Shown here: positions 18,532 through 27,425 of the stretch, piece after piece
Position numbering within the stretch: the first letter of the stretch is position 1
Layout of the letters: each line of letters begins with the position of its first letter
Source of the DNA: Patescibacteria group bacterium
GTDB taxonomy: Bacteria; Patescibacteriota; Minisyncoccia; Moranbacterales; DUUL01
Direction: 5' to 3'
DNA length: 64,000 nt
Assembly: GCA_034660175.1 (NCBI GenBank)
Contig: JAYEIQ010000004.1
Location: 4,152-68,151, forward strand
Made by a program: the position numbers and the translations under genes
The notes under the pieces: model-generated
What the model was told of the DNA's origin: nothing
Seen by the model: only the letters and a program-made list of their open reading frames with translations
The model's database searches: none

Positions 18532-19716
18532 TTAAGGAATCACTGCATCATCGATGTGAAAATATCTGTCAGCGTTGGTCTTAATGACGAACAGCGAACG
18601 TTCATTCCTGCGGTGTAACACAAAGATGTCATAGGAACTTCCAAGATTGATACTGTACTGGAATCTGTCGTGCCAGTCTCCATCAAAACCTTGACTAGCG
18701 TACTTTATGTATAGCTTCTTTTTGTCTGTTCTGAAGACACCAATGTCCATTTGATCGTCGGAGTCCCAATAGCCCAGAACGGGAACAGCAAGTGGTCCAC
18801 CTGAATTATATGGTTCAGAATCCCAGTCACCCAATCCGTTTTGAGCATCATCGATGTGAAAATATCTGTCAGCGTTGGTCTTAATGACGAACAGCGAACG
18901 TTCATTCCTGCGGTGTAACACAAAGATGTCATAGGAACTTCCAAGATTGATACTGTACTGGAAGATGTCGTGCCAGTCTCCATCAAAACCTTGACTAGCG
19001 TACTTTATGTATAGCTTCTTTTTGTCTGTTCTGAAGACACCAATGTCCATTTGATCGTCGGAGTCCCAATAGCCCAGAACGGGAACAGCAAGTGGTCCAC
19101 CTGAATTATATGGTTCAGAATCCCAGTCATCAAGTTGAGGCGTAGTAGATGCTTGTGCTGGTTCACTGTCGCTTCCATCGACTATTCCATCACCGTCGGA
19201 GTCATCGTCCAAGATGTTGATGTATCCATCACCGTCAATGTCGGTGCTCCAAGTTGAGCCATGCGTGATCCAGAAATCGATTTCGTCATCATCGTTTATC
19301 CCATCATTATCAGTGTCATCAAGGTATTTGTCTGTTCCGTAAAGATGAATCTCTTCATAGTCGAGAAAAGAATCAGCGTCATTATTCCATGTTGGAACGT
19401 GAAGTTCATTTGAGAACACACTATCACCGTCAAAATTGAAAGCAACCACAATGAAATAATAGTCCTGTTCCGGATCGAGAACTGCTGGTAGAGTGAAACT
19501 TGTGTCCAAGTCGCATGTGTCGATCTCGGAGTCATAAATTTCGTCTGCTCCACCACCGCTCTCATTGTCATATAAAAGCTTATAACCGATTGGAGCATCT
19601 CCAGTAGTTGGAGCATCCCAGGAAAAGGTTGGGGTTAATGTTGCCATGGTTGGTTGTGCCAACAGCAAGAAAATAACTGTCAGGCACAGTAGCCAAATTT
19701 GCTGAATTCGCTTCAT
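18532..19716 (-). CDS. secreted protein with fibronectin-III-like N-domain, thrombospondin-type-3 Ca-binding repeats and two FG-GAP/VCBS-like C-terminal repeats
   Basis: signal peptide MKRIQQIWLLCLTVIFLLLAQPTMA; DTDNDGINDDDE, DIDGDGYINILDDDSDGDGIVDGSD (DxDxDG); duplicated 100-aa unit LGDWDSEPYNSGGPLAVPVLGYWDSDDQMDIGVFRTDKKKLYIKY... Confidence 0.6.
   Translation of the reverse strand: MKRIQQIWLLCLTVIFLLLAQPTMATLTPTFSWDAPTTGDAPIGYKLLYDNESGGGADEIYDSEIDTCDLDTSFTLPAVLDPEQDYYFIVVAFNFDGDSVFSNELHVPTWNNDADSFLDYEEIHLYGTDKYLDDTDNDGINDDDEIDFWITHGSTWSTDIDGDGYINILDDDSDGDGIVDGSDSEPAQASTTPQLDDWDSEPYNSGGPLAVPVLGYWDSDDQMDIGVFRTDKKKLYIKYASQGFDGDWHDIFQYSINLGSSYDIFVLHRRNERSLFVIKTNADRYFHIDDAQNGLGDWDSEPYNSGGPLAVPVLGYWDSDDQMDIGVFRTDKKKLYIKYASQGFDGDWHDRFQYSINLGSSYDIFVLHRRNERSLFVIKTNADRYFHIDDAVIP
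18545..19137. repeat. 300-bp-period tandem duplication (2 copies, 2 mismatches) inside secreted-protein gene
   Basis: 18545-18837 equals 18845-19137 except 18664-18665 (tc) vs 18964-18965 (ga); read directly from sequence. Confidence 0.9.
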
Positions 19717-20058
19717 ACTCGATTACCTCCTTTCGTGGATTTTTTTTGTTGATTTCCTTTTACTTTCATCTTAATTACCTCTCTTTTTCCTAAAAAGTTT
19801 GTGGGTCTCGAACAAAAAAACATTTCATTCCTGAAACACGGTAATACCACAGTTGGCAAATTTTCAAGGAACAACAAAAACATAGAACTTTTGTTCCAAA
19901 GAACTGTACTTTCTTTCCATCCTCCCTTGCTTCATATTATAGCTCTTTCTTTCAAATTTACAACATTTTGGAATAGATGGAGATATCTTCTTGGATCAGT
20001 TTCAATGAAAAGTGGAAGCGCGCCTAAGGATTTCCTTAAACGCGCTTCTTTGGTTTTT

Positions 20059-20973
20059 TTATTGATCATATTTGTCTTTTGATGCCACGAAGAAAAACTC
20101 AGCTGAATCTGCAAAAGCTCCAGTTGGTGAAACTGCTCTGATAACGAAATAATAGCCAATTTTTTCTTTCAGTTTTTTCACTAGGGCTGTTGTTTTCAGA
20201 GTCTCAACTTCCCACAGGTTGTAGTTATAGGGTTTGTTTTTTTCTCTGGAATAGATTCTATACCTCGTAGGTCTTGAAGTGTGGCCCGAAGTGTGGCCCG
20301 GATCCCATTTAAGAGTGGCTTGGCATTTGCCGTTCCGAAAGTCGCTTGCCACTTTTGTCTTTTTAAAGAGATGCACGAAGGCGTGTTGTCCACTTGAAAG
20401 TAAGGCTTGCGAAGTTTGGAATAGGGAAGTGATTCTTCTAATCTCATGGTCTTTTCCGTCTGGAATGCCATCGTTATCAGAATCCTTGTCTAAAATGTTT
20501 ATCTTTCCGTCTTCGTCAAAATCAATATTCCATTTTTTTCCCCAAGTTGCATATTCCTCACCGTCGGGGATTCCGTCATCATCTGAATCCTTTTTGTTTG
20601 GTAGAGTGTGTGTGACTTGTTTCTCAAACTCATCGGTGAGGCCGTCGTTATCAGAATCCAGATCGTCACTGGTCCAGAGAATGATAATTTCGCTTGAATA
20701 CACATGATCTCCGTCGATTTTTGCAGAGATGAAATTTGGAGAGTTTACTTGCAGTGGCAATTTTCCGATGTTAATTGCCAACGTTTTCTTTTTACAATGA
20801 AACTTTTCGCTATACTTGTGACTTTCAATGCCAATATAGATTGTACAATCTGATTCTGAGACTGGTCTACTGCCTATGTCTTCCCAATCCAATTTCATTT
20901 CTTGGGAATTTGCTGCAGAAGCAATTATCAGTAAGACAATTGCAAAACTGATGACTTTTGAGATCATTTCCAT
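20059..20973 (-). CDS. secreted thrombospondin-type-3 repeat Ca-binding protein with FN3-like domain (paralog-like of 18532..19716)
   Basis: signal peptide MEMISKVISFAIVLLIIASAANS; DLDSDNDGLTDEFE, DSDDDGIPDGEEY, DFDEDGKINILDKDSDNDGIPDGKD; 12-bp in-frame tandem duplication GAAGTGTGGCCC x2 at 20276-20299 (GHTSGHTS). Confidence 0.55.
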   Translation of the reverse strand: MEMISKVISFAIVLLIIASAANSQEMKLDWEDIGSRPVSESDCTIYIGIESHKYSEKFHCKKKTLAINIGKLPLQVNSPNFISAKIDGDHVYSSEIIILWTSDDLDSDNDGLTDEFEKQVTHTLPNKKDSDDDGIPDGEEYATWGKKWNIDFDEDGKINILDKDSDNDGIPDGKDHEIRRITSLFQTSQALLSSGQHAFVHLFKKTKVASDFRNGKCQATLKWDPGHTSGHTSRPTRYRIYSREKNKPYNYNLWEVETLKTTALVKKLKEKIGYYFVIRAVSPTGAFADSAEFFFVASKDKYDQ

Positions 20974-21288
20974 GGCTTGCTCCTTTCGTGCTTGTCAATG
21001 TTGTTGTTTGAATTTGGTCCTGAATTTTTAAAAAACTACGAAAATCGATATTTTCGTTTGAGTTTAAGTATATAACAAATTTTGGTTTTTGGCAAGAGAT
21101 ATTCATACTTCTTTTGTAAAAGAGGGGTATGGAGGTTTTTAGCAATTAAGTGAAATTTTTTTATAGTCTCCATTATCTTGATGAAGGGAATCAAGAGTAC
21201 TAACTATACAAAAAGAAAAGAGCCTCTCACATGGTTGTGTGAAAGGCTCTTGGGTTATGTTCTGTTTGACATGGTTTGCCAAACAAAA

Positions 21289-23181
21289 TCAGTTAACGGA
21301 TTTTTGTACATGTTCAAATTGGTTGAATCCAATAATACTGGTTGTGCGTTTTTCTCCATGGACTTGCACGACGGTTGCATATTCAGGCAAATATCCTCTT
21401 TTTTGAGGTTTGTCCTGATGCATGTCGTTATAACCGAACCCCGTTGGCTCCGTATATGCCAGCACGATTCTTTTCCCGTTTATCGGGAAAAGCACATGAT
21501 TGGGGAATGGGTCTGTTACAAGTTCATGCCAAATCGGGAGCAGTGGCACTACATGTCCGATACTTCCATAATCTAAAGATACTAAGGCAAAGACGTTGTT
21601 GATATCCCGCAAAGTTGGATGCTCGGAAGCGACAAAATAGGCTGCTCCTGAGATTGCATGTCCTTCACAGTCTTCTCCTCTGTTAAACAGTGCCACCAAA
21701 GGAGACATCGGAATCTCAATTGGTCCATTGTATCCAGGCTTACTTTTATCACCTTTGTGGTCAGAGACATAGGGGAGGTTTTCGACGATGAACTTCATTT
21801 GTCTTTCCTCGGCTTCCTGCGGAGTTTGAGCGTCGCCAATGATCTTGTCGGCGATTTGGGTCAGGCGGGCAGTTTTGGTGACATATGGTGAAAAATCATA
21901 TCCGATGTGTGAATTGTGACTGTTGCCACGCGAAGCATAGATTTTCTTGTTTTGCCCTTGTCTGTTTTTACGAACCTGTTGGATCTCATCAAGGATGTCT
22001 TGCATGGTAATGTCAACAGCACCGTCAGCTAACAAGATCGGATCGTCATCTTCCATTCTGAAAAGGTAGGAAAAAGGGATAATAATAGATTGATCCGGTT
22101 GGTGGCTACCCCAAAAACAAAGCTCGTGGTTAGAATTTGTTACTGAAACAGGTACACCAACAACAATGTTCTTTTTACCGAATTCCCATTTGGGATCCAA
22201 TTGGTTTTTGGCCAAGTGAACAATGACATGTTCAACATCTAATTTCTTTTTGTAGATGAAGCGGGTTTGCAGACCTTTGCCGATAATCTCAATGGCAGAT
22301 GGTTCGATGTAGATGCCATATGAGATAGCATAATTTCTTGCAATAACCCATTGTGTTTTTTCGATATCCCATTGTCCGGTTTTGTGGTCGCAAAGGTTAC
22401 TGAAACTATAGAACGCGACCGGCAGTGATTCTTCCGGTTCCACTGAAGGCGCTCCAAGTTCCAAATCAATTCGGTTTTTTCTCCACATTCCATGGGTGTT
22501 GGGACGCAGGCAGAGCCAGGTGTCTTCGGGTTTGACAAGGCGTGTCTGTCCATCGGCAAACTTACGTTTAAAACCTTTTTCCAGGCCTTGCATTCTGTCG
22601 AGCTTCAGAAACGGCTCCATCATGTGACTTTTGACGTTGTGCACATTTCCTGTCACGACCTTGAACTGTCCATAGGGAATGATTTGAAATGCCATTGCCA
22701 AGTTTTCAGAGCCTACGACTTCGGTCATCTTTTTGCCGATCTTCAAGAGGCGAGACTGGGAGACCCAGTCGGTTGCTGGATAGTTCAAGTAGCTCATCGC
22801 AACGTTATACCCGGCGAATCGCAAAGCATCCAAGTCGGTTCCCAATTTTTCACCGTTGCCTTTTTTCACAATGGAAATTGTATCACCAAAAGAAAATATC
22901 CCTTTGACAAAATTTGCGAAGTTTTCCCGCTTTGTAATACGGAAATTCAACGGTTTGTCTGGTGCAGTTGCATAAGCGAGACCGCACACTCCTTTGTACG
23001 AATCGAAATAGCTCCCTGTGTGTTGCAATAAATGATTTCCGGTCATGATTCCAACCAACAGAAATGCCGCTGATACGATTGTCACAAGGCGGAGTTTTTC
23101 CCACAAATTGACCTTCTGAATTCCTTTCGATTCTGGAGAGAATTTAACCTTCTTCCAGGGCTTCTTTTCTAAGTAAGACAT
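21289..23181 (-). CDS. hypothetical membrane-anchored protein (630 aa), compositionally atypical
   Basis: long ORF with one N-terminal TM (LRLVTIVSAAFLLVGIMTG); visibly GC-richer codon usage than flanks; no family recognised. Confidence 0.45.
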   Translation of the reverse strand: MSYLEKKPWKKVKFSPESKGIQKVNLWEKLRLVTIVSAAFLLVGIMTGNHLLQHTGSYFDSYKGVCGLAYATAPDKPLNFRITKRENFANFVKGIFSFGDTISIVKKGNGEKLGTDLDALRFAGYNVAMSYLNYPATDWVSQSRLLKIGKKMTEVVGSENLAMAFQIIPYGQFKVVTGNVHNVKSHMMEPFLKLDRMQGLEKGFKRKFADGQTRLVKPEDTWLCLRPNTHGMWRKNRIDLELGAPSVEPEESLPVAFYSFSNLCDHKTGQWDIEKTQWVIARNYAISYGIYIEPSAIEIIGKGLQTRFIYKKKLDVEHVIVHLAKNQLDPKWEFGKKNIVVGVPVSVTNSNHELCFWGSHQPDQSIIIPFSYLFRMEDDDPILLADGAVDITMQDILDEIQQVRKNRQGQNKKIYASRGNSHNSHIGYDFSPYVTKTARLTQIADKIIGDAQTPQEAEERQMKFIVENLPYVSDHKGDKSKPGYNGPIEIPMSPLVALFNRGEDCEGHAISGAAYFVASEHPTLRDINNVFALVSLDYGSIGHVVPLLPIWHELVTDPFPNHVLFPINGKRIVLAYTEPTGFGYNDMHQDKPQKRGYLPEYATVVQVHGEKRTTSIIGFNQFEHVQKSVN

Positions 23182-23204
23182 GTCAGTTCTCCTTTTTTCT
23201 GGGG

Positions 23205-23600
23205 TTATTTTTTTGTAAAACTGGTTAGAACAGTGCTATCCCAAGCAACTCTTAATTTTTTGCCGTCAGAATGCTTTTCAATTTTGGCTGATAGCGCTGT
23301 GTTCTTGATTCGATCAACGTATCCATAAGGAATGTCTTCTTCGATCATGGCAATTACTTGAACTTGCTGAACTCCTTCGTTGAATGACGATTGGATGATA
23401 TTTGAGAGTTCTCTGGTTTCAACGTAACGACCATTACATTTGGTTCCGTAGTCTCCTTCTGTTTTTTCGATGAAAATGTGAATTTTTGGAACGGGCCTAT
23501 CGCTAGCATTGGATTCCTTGGTCTCGACTTGAGCAGCGATCAGAAAAGCAATACAAAGCAACATGAATGTATCTAGGAATACCCAAATTGTTTTTTTCAT
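23205..23600 (-). CDS. ExbD/TolR-family protein
   Basis: likely start at MKKTIWVFLDTFMLLCIAFLIA (single N-terminal TM followed by about 100-aa periplasmic domain), typical ExbD/TolR size; ORF track's longer 168-aa version overlaps upstream gene. Confidence 0.5.
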   Translation of the reverse strand: MKKTIWVFLDTFMLLCIAFLIAAQVETKESNASDRPVPKIHIFIEKTEGDYGTKCNGRYVETRELSNIIQSSFNEGVQQVQVIAMIEEDIPYGYVDRIKNTALSAKIEKHSDGKKLRVAWDSTVLTSFTKK

Positions 23601-24388
23601 TGATTTCTCCTGTTTTCTGCAATTCGGAAGAGCACCAAAACGGTCTTCAATTGGATATTCTTCTCCGAGATAATTGCTTGGGTCAACGTTGAAATGACAA
23701 CTCTTGCCCAAATGGCAAAAACTGTTGTTCCAATGGCATTGCCAACGCCGGCAAACATCGAAACTCCTCCGGCTTTGCTGAGAGTTGCCTCTGCAAGTCC
23801 AAGAGCGGTTCCAAGTAATCCGAGAAGAGGTAGCAGATCTTCCAAGTTCCCAAGTATTTTTGTGCCTTGAAATGTTCTTTCCTCCAGATATCCTTCCAGG
23901 CTAGATTTCACCTCATCAGACCAGTCTGAATGTTCAGAAGTTGCAAACTTTCTAAAGTGCTTCACAAAAAGTGATTTTGCGAAATACTTTTTGGCTGGGA
24001 TCTCTACTCTTGAGAAATCAATGCCATCTTGGTCGACCACCATTTTCTCAACCAACTTTGCTTCTCTTGAAGTATTGATTGAGAGTAGTATTGATCCAAT
24101 AATACCAATGATCGAAAGCAGTACAATGGGGAACATTAACCAGTTTTTTAAGGCGATGAACGCCAAGTGTTGAACAATTGCCATTTTTCCCAAAAGAAAA
24201 GATGAGCAGAACAATACCATAAGTATTGTCCAATATTTCATGGTAAAAATTGCTGATTGAGAAACTTCTTTCCTCATCCTTTTTTTGGTTGTTCTAGGTT
24301 CGTCTTTCACTTTAATTGTCAATTCAGCTTCTTTTGCTCTCATGTTCTCCACCTCTCTTTTGTTGACGTGATATATTTTTTCAACCAA
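23597..24388 (-). CDS. MotA/TolQ/ExbB-family proton-channel protein
   Basis: C-terminal LLPLLGLLGTALGLAEATLSKAGGVSMFAGVGNAIGTTVFAIWARVV matches ExbB/TolQ/MotA conserved TM2-TM3; true start may be internal. Confidence 0.6.
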   Translation of the reverse strand: MVEKIYHVNKREVENMRAKEAELTIKVKDEPRTTKKRMRKEVSQSAIFTMKYWTILMVLFCSSFLLGKMAIVQHLAFIALKNWLMFPIVLLSIIGIIGSILLSINTSREAKLVEKMVVDQDGIDFSRVEIPAKKYFAKSLFVKHFRKFATSEHSDWSDEVKSSLEGYLEERTFQGTKILGNLEDLLPLLGLLGTALGLAEATLSKAGGVSMFAGVGNAIGTTVFAIWARVVISTLTQAIISEKNIQLKTVLVLFRIAENRRNQ

Positions 24389-24644
24389 AAAAACAACAGA
24401 CTCTTTGTTTTTTGTCTCCCTTATTTTTAAAGTACTAAAGGTACAGGTACTGTTATTTAGTTATCCTTTCTCTAAATAAAAGTACTGCCAATAGTAAATC
24501 GTCTTTTTGCTTTTGTCAAGATTGTTTACTATGCCACGATTATAGCAAAATCACTGCTTGACTACAAGGCAGATGTTTGCAAATATTGATTTGAAAAAAA
24601 GTACCTAATATTCACAAAAATATACTCATAAAAAGGAGCTGGAT

Positions 24645-25961
24645 ATGGAAATTGCGATTTTTGGAACAGGATATGTTGGATTGGTGTCTGGAGCGTGCTT
24701 GTCTAATAAAGGTAGTCGTGTCACATGTGTTGATGTTGATAAGGGAAAAATTGAAATCCTCAACGGTGGTGGTTGTCCAATTCACGAAAAAGATCTTCCT
24801 GCGCGACTTGCAAAGGGCTTTGAATTGGGCACTCTCTCTTTCGCGACTGATGCCATTGAAGCGATTCACAAAAGTGATGTGATCTTCATCACAGTTGGAA
24901 CCCCATCTGGTAGCGGTGGCGAGGCAGATCTGAGTGCAGTCTTTCAAGTGGCCAGGACAATTGGTCAGTCGCTTGAAAAGGACAGTGTCATTGTTCAAAA
25001 ATCAACTGTGCCGGTGGGAACAAGTGACGAGATCGAGCGGATCATCAAGGAGGAGCTTTCCAATCGTGGTGAAGAAATTGATTTCTGGGTTGTATCCAAT
25101 CCAGAGTTTCTCAAAGAAGGAAATGCTGTTCGTGATTTTGAAAGTCCGGACAGGGTGATTATTGGAACCGATAGCGCGTATGCCGAAGAGATTATGCGGA
25201 AAATTTACAAGAGTTTTATGCGCAAAGGTGATCGGATCGTTGTTATGAAAAGGAAAAGCGCCGAAGCAACTAAGTATGCTGCTAATGTGATGTTGGCACT
25301 CAGGGTATCTTTTATAAATCTCATGGCTCGGTTTACTGAGGTTATTGGTGCTGATATTACTGAGGTGAGGGTTGGCGTTGGCAGTGACAAAAGAATTGGA
25401 TCAGACTTTCTTTTCCCCGGTGTTGGCTTTGGTGGTTCTTGTTTTCCAAAAGACGTGAGAGCAATGATCCAGATGTTGCGTGACTGTGAAATAGAGACTG
25501 ACCTGGTTGATGCAATTTTGTCGATCAATGCTTCACAACGGGAATGGTTCATTCGCAAGATCACGAGAACTTTTCCTGATATGGAAAACAGGAGATTTGC
25601 TGTTTGGGGTCTTGCTTTCAAATCAGACACAAACGATGTGCGTGAAGCCCCATCGTTGGACATTGTCAGAGCTATTTTAGTCAATGGTGGAACAGTTGTT
25701 GCCTTTGATTCTGTCGCTGTGGAAAGGTTTGCTGCTGAATTTGGCAGAAACAAAAGATTGAGTTATTCAGCTGACCAATATCAAACGCTGGAAGATTGTG
25801 ATGCACTGGTCATTTTGACAAAAGATGACTGCTATGAAAATCCTGACTTTGTGCGAATGACAAATTTGCTCAGAAAGCCAATAATCTTTGACGGGCGCAA
25901 CCTTTTTGATCCGAAGGAAATGCAGGACTTAGGAATTAAATATTTTTGTGTTGGGAGGTGA
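24645..25961 (+). CDS. ugd: UDP-glucose 6-dehydrogenase (nucleotide-sugar dehydrogenase family)
   Basis: MEIAIFGTGYVGLVSGACL Rossmann N-terminus; catalytic GGSCFPKDV; 438 aa. Confidence 0.85.
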   Translation: MEIAIFGTGYVGLVSGACLSNKGSRVTCVDVDKGKIEILNGGGCPIHEKDLPARLAKGFELGTLSFATDAIEAIHKSDVIFITVGTPSGSGGEADLSAVFQVARTIGQSLEKDSVIVQKSTVPVGTSDEIERIIKEELSNRGEEIDFWVVSNPEFLKEGNAVRDFESPDRVIIGTDSAYAEEIMRKIYKSFMRKGDRIVVMKRKSAEATKYAANVMLALRVSFINLMARFTEVIGADITEVRVGVGSDKRIGSDFLFPGVGFGGSCFPKDVRAMIQMLRDCEIETDLVDAILSINASQREWFIRKITRTFPDMENRRFAVWGLAFKSDTNDVREAPSLDIVRAILVNGGTVVAFDSVAVERFAAEFGRNKRLSYSADQYQTLEDCDALVILTKDDCYENPDFVRMTNLLRKPIIFDGRNLFDPKEMQDLGIKYFCVGR

Positions 25962-25990
25962 AAACAATCAACTGATTGAATAAGAAAAAA

Positions 25991-26019
25991 GCAGTCCGGA
26001 AACTCCAGGACTGCTTTTT
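25991..26019. terminator. bidirectional intrinsic terminator between ugd and convergent membrane-protein gene
   Basis: GCAGTCC-ggaaactcca-GGACTGC followed by TTTTT. Confidence 0.5.
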
Positions 26020-26045
26020 ACACTTGAAGAGTGCAATTGGCAAGA

Positions 26046-26645
26046 TCAGATCATTCTACCGATCAACATGATGATGAAAATTCCAAAAGCATTGAAGATG
26101 AAAGAAACCGTTGCAAAGATTGGATAAGACATATTCTTTGATGCATGGACAAGTGCTGCAGAGAATTCATCAGGGAGGGGAGTTGCAGAAATGATTCCTG
26201 CGAAAACAGGCAGAACATAGCTGCGAACAAACATAGGAGTGAAGCGATCAAGTATTCCGATTACCCATTTGTAGAGTGGATGAGAGGAAATATCATAAAC
26301 CTCTTTTTCAAATGAAATTTTAAGAGTTTTGAAAATGAAATAGTTTCCAAACAACGAGCCAACTGTGGCAATCACTCCTGATACGAAGAAATTTTGTTTT
26401 TCGGAAATAAGCAAAAGAGTGGCAACTGCAGGTCCTGTAGTGAATCCGTGAGAAAAAAACATTCCAGCAAGAAAAGTTCCGACATAGCCAAGTCTGTCAA
26501 GTACTGCATGAAAGTGAAAATTGTTCTCGTCTTTGAAGATCAAATAGCCCAAGAAGATCGAAACAGTTAGAAGCAACAGTTTTGGATATTTGATTCGAAA
26601 AGCAATTCTTTTAAGGATGAGAAATGGATTCAATGAAGCAGACAT
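26046..26645 (-). CDS. hypothetical polytopic membrane protein
   Basis: 199 aa with 5-6 hydrophobic helices; no confident family. Confidence 0.4.
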   Translation of the reverse strand: MSASLNPFLILKRIAFRIKYPKLLLLTVSIFLGYLIFKDENNFHFHAVLDRLGYVGTFLAGMFFSHGFTTGPAVATLLLISEKQNFFVSGVIATVGSLFGNYFIFKTLKISFEKEVYDISSHPLYKWVIGILDRFTPMFVRSYVLPVFAGIISATPLPDEFSAALVHASKNMSYPIFATVSFIFNAFGIFIIMLIGRMI

Positions 26646-26797
26646 GGACTTATTTTTTATTTTTAGTTGAGGTAATTTTATGCGAATATCTGGAGCATGT
26701 TCCAGATAAAATGAGTGAACCGACCGTGGGAATCAAGTTCCGATATCACAAAGCTTTATAGGTAGGCCCACAACCTATGTTTATCCCGTTACACTTG

Positions 26798-26871
26798 AGC
26801 CGAAGATGAGATTCGAACTCACGACCTACGCATTACGAGTGCGTTGCTCTAGCCAACTGAGCTACTTCGGC
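26798..26871 (-). tRNA. tRNA-Thr (anticodon CGT)
   Basis: reverse complement GCCGAAGTAGCTCAGTTGGCTAGAGCAACGCACTCGTAATGCGTAGGTCGTGAGTTCGAATCTCATCTTCGGCT: 7-bp acceptor, D-arm, anticodon loop CT-CGT-AA, GTTCGAATC T-loop. Confidence 0.8.
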
Positions 26872-27023
26872 GCTCAAGTGTAATGGGACATTGCTCCTCG
26901 CCCGACTGAACGACGTCAATCGTTCGGGCGGGTACCAACTGAGTTATATTGGCTAAATGTAGAATTTGAGCTGGTAACGGAAATTGTCTATCTATTATAG
27001 ATAAAAATCCTTTACTTATCTTG

Positions 27024-27095
27024 AGCGGGTGAGCGGAATCGAACCGCCGTGTCAAGCTTGGGAAGCTTACATAATAACCACTATATGACACCCGC
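27024..27095 (-). tRNA. tRNA-Gly (anticodon CCC)
   Basis: reverse complement GCGGGTGTCATATAGTGGTTATTATGTAAGCTTCCCAAGCTTGACACGGCGGTTCGATTCCGCTCACCCGCT: acceptor GCGGGTG/CACCCGC, anticodon stem TAAGC/GCTTG with loop TT-CCC-AA, GGTTCGATTCC T-arm. Confidence 0.8.
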
Positions 27096-27104
27096 AAGTT
27101 TTTT

Positions 27105-27175
27105 CTTTTCAATCTTGCCTGCCCATTCGCCGAGCTTGCGAGGTGGGTGGGGGAAGGTCGTATTTTACCACTAAA
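27105..27175 (-). other. tRNA-like remnant (intact acceptor 5' strand and D-arm, no foldable anticodon/T-arm)
   Basis: reverse complement begins GCGGGTATAGTTTAGTGGTAAAATACGACCTTCC (tRNA-Gly-like 5' half) but continues CCCACCCACCTCGCAAGCTCGGCGAATGGGCAGGC with no complementary acceptor 3' strand or T-loop. Confidence 0.3.
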
Positions 27176-27228
27176 CTATACCCGCAATGAGAGCTTTTCA
27201 CTGTACAAAACAATTCTATCTTGAATCG

Positions 27229-27257
27229 TTGATTTTTTCAACAAGCTGAGGTACAAT
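27229..27257 (+). promoter_or_regulatory. candidate sigma-70 promoter for prfB
   Basis: TTGATT - 17 bp - TACAAT about 170 nt upstream of prfB start. Confidence 0.35.
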
Positions 27258-27425
27258 CAAGTTTGTATCAAGAGTCAAATATCGAATTGGAACGTCAAAT
27301 CATTATTGCTTCATAAAAATTTTCAGACACTGTTTTTGTTAGTCACTACGCTCTAAAAATTTTTATTCATCAACAATAATTTGGCAAAAAGAAAGACTAT
27401 GTTTTTGTCTTTCAAAATCAAAAAA

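Noticed and set aside
19801-20082. 93-aa ORF in the intergenic region between the two secreted-protein genes, plus a GAAGCGCG...CGCGCTTC hairpin with T-run at 20008-20062
   Set aside because: ORF has no RBS or family and sits in a promoter-containing spacer. The hairpin may be a terminator-like structure, but its orientation (T-run on the plus strand) does not match either flanking minus-strand gene, so function is unassigned.
27105-27175. Third tRNA gene adjacent to tRNA-Gly(CCC)
   Set aside because: Acceptor 5' strand and D-arm are good, but I could not pair an anticodon stem, T-arm or acceptor 3' strand. Reported only as a tRNA-like remnant.
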